In this document: positions 37,944-45,901 of the stretch, in pieces
How positions within the stretch are numbered: position 1 is the stretch's first letter
Layout: every line of letters starts with the position of its first letter
Assembly: GCA_964352635.1 (NCBI GenBank)
Contig: CAYGSV010000001.1
Coordinates: forward strand, 1 to 49,883
Source of the DNA: an uncultured Algimonas sp.
GTDB taxonomy: Bacteria > Pseudomonadota > Alphaproteobacteria > Caulobacterales > Maricaulaceae
Reading direction: 5' to 3'
Length of the DNA stretch: 49,883 nucleotides
Program-made: the position numbers and the translations under genes
The notes under the pieces: generated by a model
Database searches by the model: none
What the model saw: the letters and a program-made list of their open reading frames with translations, nothing else
What the model was told of the DNA's origin: nothing

Positions 37944-38579
37944 CTAGTTCCGAGACGGAAACACGCCTATCGTTGCAACACAATACCGAACAACTTGATA
38001 AGGCTGCATGTTATTATGCGCTTGGCCCCCACCTGTTGGTTCCACATACATCGTTTCAGGATTCATAAAACGTGCAGGGTTACCCGGCGTCGAAGGAAAA
38101 GGGTTAGGATCCGTCCCGCGATTATACGCATCTCTTGCCTGCACAGTGAATGCGGCACCTGCAGGGGAAGTGCTATTCGGGGGCTCATTGACGGTTTTAA
38201 TGGCGGCGCGATGCGTATGGTTCGGCATTTGAGTCGATACTAAAGTCTCTGTTTCAGAACCAGATTTTTGACCTTGTGTTCTTGGTGTAAGGCCTGGGCC
38301 CGTACCCGCATGAATTGGAACTCGCCCCCTTAAGTCCGGTAGACCAAACGTTGTGCGACCATCGCCACCATACATCGTACCAAAAAGAGAGAATAATGCT
38401 TGGTTTTGGTTAATCGCTAACAGCTGACCATCCGCGTTCGCCCAACCGCGAGGGCAGAAATTAAACCCTACAGGTTGTATTGTTCCCAATAAAGGGTTGG
38501 ATGTGCCAGACGCAGGGCCTGCCAGTGTAAAGCTGGCAGCCACCACGGATGCCGATAAGAGTAGTTTTTTTGCAATCAT
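37944..38579 (-). CDS. Phage tail-collar domain protein (paralog) with signal peptide
   Basis: Same motifs; N-terminal MIAKKLLLSASVVAASFTLAGPASG. Confidence 0.92.
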   Translation of the reverse strand: MIAKKLLLSASVVAASFTLAGPASGTSNPLLGTIQPVGFNFCPRGWANADGQLLAINQNQALFSLFGTMYGGDGRTTFGLPDLRGRVPIHAGTGPGLTPRTQGQKSGSETETLVSTQMPNHTHRAAIKTVNEPPNSTSPAGAAFTVQARDAYNRGTDPNPFPSTPGNPARFMNPETMYVEPTGGGQAHNNMQPYQVVRYCVATIGVFPSRN

Positions 38580-38657
38580 AATGCGCCCCTTTTAAATTAA
38601 TACGTTACCGTATTTTACGCGTGTTCCTTAGGAAGGGGGAACACAGCCCTTGGAAGA

Positions 38658-39113
38658 TTAATCCAAAACGATTTCTATGCTGTACTCACCATCACTTTTT
38701 TTAATGGGCGTGAGGAAAACTTTTCCATTACCTAAAGCGTGATGCCATGAGTCGACTGTCTGTGACCCTGATCGTGCCAACCAATCTCTATCTGCTTTGG
38801 TAGCTGAGAAGACAGCTATGACACTCTGATTTCGGAGTAAAAAGCTAGGCCGGTTTGGATCCGTTTTTCCTGCAATCACATTGACTAACTTCAAACTGAT
38901 GGATTGATTGTCTGACGTCAAAACGCTGAAATCATCCCCAAGGTAGTCATTGAGGTCAGCCGCGTTAACATTGCTCCAAGCCTTACCGTTTTGATGAAAC
39001 TGAGAAATAACACCCCTGTTATTCTGTTCATTAGATGCAAAAGTGTTACTCGCAGAACCCGCCATTAGACTAAAGAAAACGATTCCTGTTATGAGTTTGA
39101 AATTTTGTTTCAT
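38658..39113 (-). CDS. DUF6916-like protein with signal peptide
   Basis: YLGDDFSV...LKLVNV...AVF...SQT...HHALG...VFLTPI...YSIEIVL pattern resembles the family usually encoded beside tail-collar genes; signal peptide ending TFA; start 39113. Confidence 0.65.
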   Translation of the reverse strand: MKQNFKLITGIVFFSLMAGSASNTFASNEQNNRGVISQFHQNGKAWSNVNAADLNDYLGDDFSVLTSDNQSISLKLVNVIAGKTDPNRPSFLLRNQSVIAVFSATKADRDWLARSGSQTVDSWHHALGNGKVFLTPIKKSDGEYSIEIVLD

Positions 39114-39345
39114 TTTGCGCCCCACAAAACTAAAATATATACCGATTATAATAAGCTAGGCATCGGCCTGCCAAAACTATTATATCGGACGTGCACCCCG
39201 CACCTTAGGTAGTTTCCTAACATAGCGTTAATAAATAAACCTTGTAAAGGCTAAAACCTAATCGTCGATAATCATTGCAAACTATGAGGGCAAGTCATCT
39301 ATCAGCGGGGGATGTTGACGTCTGAAATACGTGATAAAAGAATTT

Positions 39346-39432
39346 TGGTGCGGCCGAGAAGACTCGAACTTCCACGGGTTTTACCCCACAGCGACCTCAA
39401 CGCTGCGCGTCTACCAATTCCGCCACGGCCGC
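39346..39432 (-). tRNA. tRNA-Leu(GAG)
   Basis: GCGGCCGTGGCGGAATTGGTAGACGCG-CAGCG-TTGAGGT-CGCTG, long variable arm, GTTCGAGTC, encoded CCA; 87 nt. Confidence 0.97.
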
Positions 39433-39570
39433 ACATTAAGGTTCGAGCCCTATAGCGAGGGATTTGGCAAAAGAAAAGCCTTATCGACAGCCCAAGGCAA
39501 GATTTCTTAGTGCCTGAAATAACTGAAAATATCCCGCGCAGATGTCTCGTATATATGGCATAAGCCGCCT

Positions 39571-40254
39571 ATGACGCAGACGACCAACCAGACACCCCTC
39601 TATAGCGAAATGCCTGTGACATGGCGCGTGAGTGACGGGCTCACCCCCTACCCTCTCGCCCATGATTATATGAAAGAAAGAGCCCTTCAAATCGCGACTG
39701 AAAACGCGGCTGAGGAAGTTTGGCTTTTGGAGCACCCACCGCTTTATACGGCCGGCACGAGTGCGAACGCGTCTGACCTCGTGGAGGCTGAACGCTTTGA
39801 CGTGTTTGAGACAGGGCGTGGGGGCCAGTATACCTATCATGGACCAGGGCAACGTGTCGGCTATGTGATGCTCGACCTTCGAAAACGCGGGCGCGATGTT
39901 TCCGCCTTTGTCCGTGGGTTAGAGCAATGGATTATTGATACGCTGGCAGAATTTGATGTCACAGCAGAACGTCGTTGTGGGCGTGTCGGTGTTTGGGTCG
40001 TGCGTGAGGATGGACGTGAAGAGAAAATCGCCGCCATTGGTGTACGGTTGAAGAAATGGGTCAGCTTTCACGGTATCTCTATTAACGTCAATCCAGACCT
40101 GTCGCACTTCGGTGGGATTGTACCTTGCGGAATATCTGAGCATGGTGTGACAAGTCTGGCTGATTTGGGCAAAGAGGTTACACTGGCCCAACTCGACAGT
40201 GCTCTGCAAAAACATTTCCGACGCCTCTTTAGCCCCACTGAAAATCAAGCATAA
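39571..40254 (+). CDS. lipB: Lipoyl(octanoyl) transferase LipB
   Basis: [41 protein letters not shown]. Confidence 0.97.
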   Translation: MTQTTNQTPLYSEMPVTWRVSDGLTPYPLAHDYMKERALQIATENAAEEVWLLEHPPLYTAGTSANASDLVEAERFDVFETGRGGQYTYHGPGQRVGYVMLDLRKRGRDVSAFVRGLEQWIIDTLAEFDVTAERRCGRVGVWVVREDGREEKIAAIGVRLKKWVSFHGISINVNPDLSHFGGIVPCGISEHGVTSLADLGKEVTLAQLDSALQKHFRRLFSPTENQA

Positions 40255-40284
40255 AAAAAACCGCCTCAAAGAGGCGGCTTATTT
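40253..40284. terminator. Bidirectional terminator between lipB and DUF805 gene
   Basis: A8-CCGCCTC-AAA-GAGGCGG-CTTATTT. Confidence 0.75.
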
Positions 40285-40300
40285 AATTATTTAAGTCAGA

Positions 40301-40777
40301 TTATGTCGCTGGACCATACTGGTTATCGCCTGGGTCACCCTTATTAAGCATGTTAATCACATAGGCACCAACAGCATAACTAATCAATCCACCAACTGCA
40401 CTGGGCAGCACTGATTTCTTAGTCAGTTCCTGTGTAAGCTCAACATCACCAGACATTGAAGCATTGATGAGATCCATCATACCCACTCCGGTAATAGCAC
40501 CAATAATTGAACTTATGATGATAGAGATTACAATTAGTACAATAAACCAAACAATGGACATCCATCCGCTGCGTCCAGCATCATGTGTTCGTTTGATTGT
40601 CATAGCAAAGAAACAATATAGGAAAACAATCGACGCCAAGCTTCCTACCATGCCCAGTGTTGGGCTTACCAAAGTAAGTAGTGATAGCAATGCGCCAATA
40701 ACGGCAATAATCATCATGCCTTTAAAATAATCTGAAGGCCCAATACGGCCTGATGGTGAAAATAGTAAATTACCCAC
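40301..40777 (-). CDS. DUF805 membrane protein
   Basis: FSPSGRI, IKRTHDAGRSGW, GDPGDNQYGP. Confidence 0.9.
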   Translation of the reverse strand: MGNLLFSPSGRIGPSDYFKGMMIIAVIGALLSLLTLVSPTLGMVGSLASIVFLYCFFAMTIKRTHDAGRSGWMSIVWFIVLIVISIIISSIIGAITGVGMMDLINASMSGDVELTQELTKKSVLPSAVGGLISYAVGAYVINMLNKGDPGDNQYGPAT

Positions 40778-40859
40778 GAAAACTCTCCCTTTTGTTGTTT
40801 AACAATAAGAGACTGCCAATTTTTTTGAAAAAAGCAAGTAAAATCGCCCCAGTCTTGAT

Positions 40860-41372
40860 TTAAGTTTCTATCAAAGGTTTGCCGTAACGGTTCTCTGAAG
40901 GGTCAGGTTTAGCCAAACCGAGCCAAAGGGTGAAAGCCGCCCAAATGCCGTATAGAAGCGGCTTCAAGACCTTTTCCGCCGATGCCATCTTCGCCTGATA
41001 TTGCGTTGTAATCTCTTCAATCACCGCAGGGTCAATGTCTTCTTTGCGATCATATTGCGAGAACGCACTGAAATACTCTGCTCCGCCATAAGTCATCATA
41101 ACGACAATCATCAGTATGAGGGTTAGCGTAAGCATTCCCGTCAAAAACCAATAGCTTCGTCCTGTATCATGAAGGCGTTTCCCATAAACGGCATAAAGAA
41201 ATTGAAACACCAAAACGATATAAATCAGGAATATCCAAAATCCTGTCATGGTGTTCACAGTCGCGTTTAAAAGATATTGCGATGCAATGACGAAGACGAC
41301 AAAGCCCGCAAAACCAATCCAAAAGTCGCGACGGGTAGAACGCCCGGCAGGAGATAAAAATAATCTAATCAT
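40860..41372 (-). CDS. DUF805 membrane protein
   Basis: GRSTRRDFW, KRLHDTGRSYW, ENRYG. Confidence 0.9.
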   Translation of the reverse strand: MIRLFLSPAGRSTRRDFWIGFAGFVVFVIASQYLLNATVNTMTGFWIFLIYIVLVFQFLYAVYGKRLHDTGRSYWFLTGMLTLTLILMIVVMMTYGGAEYFSAFSQYDRKEDIDPAVIEEITTQYQAKMASAEKVLKPLLYGIWAAFTLWLGLAKPDPSENRYGKPLIET

Positions 41373-41426
41373 GCGCCTTACCTATGGATAGGAGCGATAA
41401 AAACAAGGGCGAAACTGTCGCGGTTA

Positions 41427-43262
41427 TCAAACCTTATCCTCACTTTCCTCATTTGAGAGGTGTGAGGCGTCGCCGCTAAGCGTTTCCTTCAACAGTGCAC
41501 GCCCCTCAGCCGCTTTAGAGGCTAAGGCCTCCATATCGCCTCGCATGTGATATGAGTCCATCGCGAGTTGGAAATCCATTTCGAGAAATTTATCAGAGAG
41601 TTTCTGTGCTTTCTCTTCAGAGAAACCAAGATAGCTCAACGCCTTGCGCCCCATGGCCAAACCGCCACGCACAGTTTCGCGTTCGGCGAAGTCGACTTCC
41701 TCTGCCAAGAGGTCAAACAAATGCGGGCGGTTTCGCGCGCGTGCGATGACTTTTGCTTTGGGGAAATGATTTCGAATCTCATGCACGGCTTGGGTGACTT
41801 TATCGCGGTCATCCATTGCCACAATAATCACAGACGCTTCCGCTGCCCCTGCCAAATGCAAGAGGTCAGGGTCGGCTGCATCGCCGTAATAAACGCGATG
41901 GCCGAATTGTTTCAAAAACTCGATATGGTCACCGTCATTATCAATAATTGTTGTCGGGATATTTTGTGTTTGCAATAGACGCCCCGCGAGTTGCCCAACA
42001 CGACCAAACCCTAAAATCAAAACCGCATTTTTCTCATTCACGGGCGCATCCCCCGTTAAAGATTGAGACGCAAAACGCGGAGCAATTAATTTATCATAGG
42101 CCAGAATAATAAGCGGTGTGAGTGCCATTGTAATCGCGATAACGGCTGTTAGCAAAGTTGACATCTCTTTGGATATTGCGCCTTCGGTTAAAGCGAATTG
42201 GAAAATAACAAATCCAAACTCCCCTGCTTGGCAGAGGAGCGCGGCGAATAATATGCGGCTCGACACAACTAATTTAAACACAACCCCAATAACGTAGAGC
42301 ACTAAGAATTTAATCGCGAGCAAGCCCAGCACGATGCTGGCAATTAAAACGGGCTTAGCCGCTAAGGTTGCGAAATCGAGTGACATGCCGACAGAGATAA
42401 AAAACAAACCCAGAAGCAACGCTTTGAACGGTTCAATATCCCGCTCTAATTGATGACGATATTCAGAATCAGCCAAAACAACACCCGCGATAAATGCACC
42501 GAGCGCCGCAGACAGGCCGAGCCATTTCATCAGCAAGGCCGAACCGATAACAAGCAGAAGCGCCATAGCGGTGAAGGTTTCCCTCACACGGCTTCGCGCA
42601 ATTAATCGGAATATAGGGCGGAGTAAAAACCGACCCGCTGCAATCATCCCTGCAAATACGGCAAATATACTGGCGGCTAACCACATCCCTTGGGGGCTAT
42701 GGCTCCCGCCGCTATGGCCTTCATAAGCCACGGGTTCAAACCCACTATAAATTGCCAAAAACGGCAGAACCGCAATCATGGCAATCACAATCACGTCTTG
42801 GAATAGCAACACGGAAAAACCCGATTGCCCTGCGGTCTCATTCATCATCCCACGGTCTTGCATAATTTGTAGGGCAATCGCTGTGGAGGATAGCGCCAGC
42901 GCCATACCAATGACGACCGCTTCGCCCAAAGGTCGGCCAAGAACATATGCGGCCGCACTAATTAAAGCCGTCGTCAGCCCGACTTGCAAACCGCCTAAAC
43001 CAAGCAATCTCCCGCGCATATCCCAGAGCTCTTTTGGCTTGAGTTCGAGCCCGATGAGAAACAGCATCATCACGACGCCAAATTCACTGAAATGTAAAAT
43101 CGTTTCAGGATCAGAAATCGCGCCTAAAACATAAGGCCCAATAATCACACCTGCGATGAGATAGCCAATGACAGACCCGAGACCTGAGAGTTTTGAAATC
43201 GGGACAAGCACACAGGCAGCGGCCAGAAACACAAAGACTGAAAATAAAAGATCACCTTCCAT
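41427..43262 (-). CDS. CPA2 K+/H+ antiporter, KefB/KefC family
   Basis: EFGVVMMLFLIGLEL, SEYRHQLERDIEPFK, TrkA-N GFGRVGQ, YYGDA. Confidence 0.93.
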   Translation of the reverse strand: MEGDLLFSVFVFLAAACVLVPISKLSGLGSVIGYLIAGVIIGPYVLGAISDPETILHFSEFGVVMMLFLIGLELKPKELWDMRGRLLGLGGLQVGLTTALISAAAYVLGRPLGEAVVIGMALALSSTAIALQIMQDRGMMNETAGQSGFSVLLFQDVIVIAMIAVLPFLAIYSGFEPVAYEGHSGGSHSPQGMWLAASIFAVFAGMIAAGRFLLRPIFRLIARSRVRETFTAMALLLVIGSALLMKWLGLSAALGAFIAGVVLADSEYRHQLERDIEPFKALLLGLFFISVGMSLDFATLAAKPVLIASIVLGLLAIKFLVLYVIGVVFKLVVSSRILFAALLCQAGEFGFVIFQFALTEGAISKEMSTLLTAVIAITMALTPLIILAYDKLIAPRFASQSLTGDAPVNEKNAVLILGFGRVGQLAGRLLQTQNIPTTIIDNDGDHIEFLKQFGHRVYYGDAADPDLLHLAGAAEASVIIVAMDDRDKVTQAVHEIRNHFPKAKVIARARNRPHLFDLLAEEVDFAERETVRGGLAMGRKALSYLGFSEEKAQKLSDKFLEMDFQLAMDSYHMRGDMEALASKAAEGRALLKETLSGDASHLSNEESEDKV

Positions 43263-43304
43263 AAGGGTCAGCCTTTAGTTTGATTTTCCATGTTATGAAG
43301 ACGT

Positions 43305-43715
43305 TTATGTCGAGAGTTCCGTTTCAATATGACTACTCGCTTCGAGCGTTTTATGGACGGGGCATTTATTGGCAATTTCCATGATGCGCTTGCGTTGCGC
43401 TTCATCAATATCGCCTTCAATCGTGAGAGTCCGTGTAAACACATCTTGAGGCGCTTTATCACCCCCAACGACTTTCTTATGGCTGACCTCACAAGCCAGA
43501 TGATCCACATTCCATTTCTTGCGCTCCACATACATACGCATGGTGATACTTGTACAAGAGCCCAGCGCCGCACACAGATATTCATAAGGCGTCGGTCCCA
43601 AATCCGCACTGCCATAACTCGCAGGTTCATCCGCATAAAGATGATGGCGAGAGGTGATAACGTCTTGGGTATATTTTCCGCCCGCGCGTTCTTTAACAAT
43701 AACAGGGTCTGCCAT
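43305..43715 (-). CDS. OsmC-family protein
   Basis: ADEP..GPTPYE..ALGSCT...ANKCPVHKTL. Confidence 0.92.
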   Translation of the reverse strand: MADPVIVKERAGGKYTQDVITSRHHLYADEPASYGSADLGPTPYEYLCAALGSCTSITMRMYVERKKWNVDHLACEVSHKKVVGGDKAPQDVFTRTLTIEGDIDEAQRKRIMEIANKCPVHKTLEASSHIETELST

Positions 43716-43717
43716 AT

Positions 43718-44416
43718 TTAACTCTCCAATAATTCACAGAGGGCCAAGACCTCGGCCCCTATCGCTTCGCTTCGCTCGGCTGCTTCTTCATCTTCGCCCC
43801 AATATCGAATTTGCCATAATTCATCGAGCCGCGATAGGCGGTATCCTTCTGCGCCAGACATATGTCCCTTCGTCACGGCCATCGCCAGAACCGCAGAGCC
43901 AAAGACAGCCGTGAGGTGCACATATAAAGTAAGCGACATGTCACCCAAGCCTGCGGCATATCTCGCAATATTGTCCAAAGACGCTTCAGGTTGTGCCACG
44001 GCATTAATTCCGTCTGTCACATTAAGTGTAACACCCTGCCCTGTCGCCCATTTCAGAATAGGGTCCCAATTTTCTGATTGATGATCTTGATGGAGACGCA
44101 CCTCACCTTCGCGGTAACACATTACGTCTGTGCCCGCATATTTGCGGGCTTCGGCGACCAAGGCCTTACGGTTATCTGGCGTTTGTTCTACAGCCACATT
44201 GAGCAAGCGCGTCACAGGCATAGTCGTCGGGTCAATCTCTTCAGCCTGCGCGTCCCACTCTTTGACAATTAATTCCGCCGCTTTTTGCGTTGGCACTAAA
44301 AGTGTTTTTTTACCAGGCGTTTTCAGAACACGCCCGTCCAGTAAGATATGAAACCCACCGTCCACCGCGGCGAATGCGACCTCCTTATAAAAGCGTATAT
44401 TCTTCTTATTTGCCAT
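43718..44416 (-). CDS. ATP12 chaperone family protein
   Basis: RFYK...LDGRVLKTPG...EWDAQ...MPVTRL...LDELWQ..WGED. Confidence 0.92.
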   Translation of the reverse strand: MANKKNIRFYKEVAFAAVDGGFHILLDGRVLKTPGKKTLLVPTQKAAELIVKEWDAQAEEIDPTTMPVTRLLNVAVEQTPDNRKALVAEARKYAGTDVMCYREGEVRLHQDHQSENWDPILKWATGQGVTLNVTDGINAVAQPEASLDNIARYAAGLGDMSLTLYVHLTAVFGSAVLAMAVTKGHMSGAEGYRLSRLDELWQIRYWGEDEEAAERSEAIGAEVLALCELLES

Positions 44417-44428
44417 TTAAATTCAGTC

Positions 44429-45418
44429 TTATTTTAAAGACTCCCAATCCACTTCATCATTGGCGGGATTGAAAGAAAAGAGTTGGAAGGCATTATCGAT
44501 ATGCTCGGGCAAAGGCGCCGTAATCGTCAAATCTGGCTTGCCTTCGCGTGGCAGTGTTAGCGCTCGCGCATGAAGGTGAAGGTTATTCGAAAGTCCGCCC
44601 GGCATAGGTCTATCCGTCATATATTTCGGGTCACCAGCAATGGGTGCGCCGAGTAATTGCATATGAAGGCGCAGTTGATGCGTGCGCCCTGTCAGCGGCA
44701 TCATGATCACCCAAGCCGCTTTTTGGCCAGCTTGTGCTTTGACCTCATAGAGCGTCTTAGCATGTTTCGCATTAGGTGCGCCGTGCCGCACGGGCTCCAT
44801 GACTTCTTTGCCTTCATGGATATTACCGAAGCGATTATCCAATCGGCCCTTCGCCATATAGCCTTTAATCTCGCCAGATTTGGGATTGGGAACGCCATTC
44901 GTAATCCCCCAATAAATTTTTTGTGCGCGACGACTTTGAAAAGCGCGTCCCGCCCACTTTGCGCTTTTGACAGATTTCGCAATCAGCAAGACACCCGATG
45001 TATCGCGGTCCAAGCGATGCACGAGCCGACACCCGTCTCCCAGGGCAGGCAACATCCCATCAATATGGCGTGTCGTTTTCGTTCCGCCCTGTACTGCTAA
45101 ACCAAAGGGTTTGTTAAGTGCAATCAGGTCTTCATCCTCATAAATGACGAGGTTCCGCATAAAGGCAATATCTGCATCTTTGACAGGCGGTGTTGTTTTA
45201 ATTTCGCTGGGCTCTGGCAAAGGTGGAATACGAATAGACTGACCCGCCTCAAGACGCACATTGCCTTTAGCGCGTTTGCCATCTACACGAAGTTGGCCAG
45301 TACGGAGTAATTTTTCAACACGGCCATGGGCAATATGGGGAAATTGTTTTTTGAACCAACGGTCGAGGCGAGAGCCCTCATCCGTTTCTGGAATTGTCAA
45401 TATCTGAACACCGCTCAT
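44429..45418 (-). CDS. RluA-family (RluC-like) pseudouridine synthase
   Basis: S4 domain, NKPFGLAVQGG, HRLDRDTSG, TGRTHQLR; start 45418. Confidence 0.94.
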   Translation of the reverse strand: MSGVQILTIPETDEGSRLDRWFKKQFPHIAHGRVEKLLRTGQLRVDGKRAKGNVRLEAGQSIRIPPLPEPSEIKTTPPVKDADIAFMRNLVIYEDEDLIALNKPFGLAVQGGTKTTRHIDGMLPALGDGCRLVHRLDRDTSGVLLIAKSVKSAKWAGRAFQSRRAQKIYWGITNGVPNPKSGEIKGYMAKGRLDNRFGNIHEGKEVMEPVRHGAPNAKHAKTLYEVKAQAGQKAAWVIMMPLTGRTHQLRLHMQLLGAPIAGDPKYMTDRPMPGGLSNNLHLHARALTLPREGKPDLTITAPLPEHIDNAFQLFSFNPANDEVDWESLK

Positions 45419-45801
45419 GACGACCAAACCAATCTTGCCAACCAAAGCCCCAAAGCCAGAGCGGCTAAAGATATAAATAAAGACGCACTCACATATCCTA
45501 GCAACGCGCCATATTGTTTTTTCTCGAGCATTAAAAAGCTCTCGAGGGAAAAGGCGCTAAATGTTGTAAATCCGCCCAGCACGCCTACACCTAAAAACAA
45601 ACGCAGGGCTTGTGTGTGCTCCGCGCCTTTAAAGGCTAACCAACCAACCAATAACCCCATCAAAGCACTACCAATGATATTGGCGGCCAATGTCCCAACA
45701 GGAAACCCAGGCCCGAATTGGCGTAGCGTCAAAGCTGAGAGGCCATATCGCCCGCTCGCGCCAATTGCGCCGCCTATCGCCACAAGTAGAAGGTTATACA
45801 T
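45415..45801 (-). CDS. crcB: Fluoride efflux channel CrcB/FluC
   Basis: GGAIGASGRY, FPVGTLAAN, GVLGGFTTFSAF; start 45801 behind GGAG. Confidence 0.95.
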   Translation of the reverse strand: MYNLLLVAIGGAIGASGRYGLSALTLRQFGPGFPVGTLAANIIGSALMGLLVGWLAFKGAEHTQALRLFLGVGVLGGFTTFSAFSLESFLMLEKKQYGALLGYVSASLFISLAALALGLWLARLVWSS

Positions 45802-45851
45802 GAAAATGCTCCATCGCCGCTTGATAGGGGAGACAGCCACAAACTGCCATT

Positions 45852-45876
45852 AAAAAAGGGGCTGCAAAGCCCCTTT
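45852..45876 (-). terminator. Rho-independent terminator after YegP-domain gene
   Basis: Minus strand AAAGGGGCT-TTGC-AGCCCC-TTTTTT. Confidence 0.8.
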
Positions 45877-45901
45877 CGTCAGTTCAGTCTTCGAATGGAT
45901 A

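Noticed and set aside
37302-39113. Prophage, GTA or tailocin remnant
   Set aside because: No other phage structural, lysis or integration genes; ORFs are intact, carry signal peptides and have their own terminator
39346-39432. Active integrative element at tRNA-Leu
   Set aside because: No integrase and no duplicated tRNA 3' end noticed in the window (manual read, not exhaustive)
45802-45851. Fluoride riboswitch upstream of crcB (GGCGATGGAG resembles its 5' end)
   Set aside because: The motif is the SD region 7 nt before the ATG; the complementary TCGCC strand and downstream GCTGATGAC element are absent
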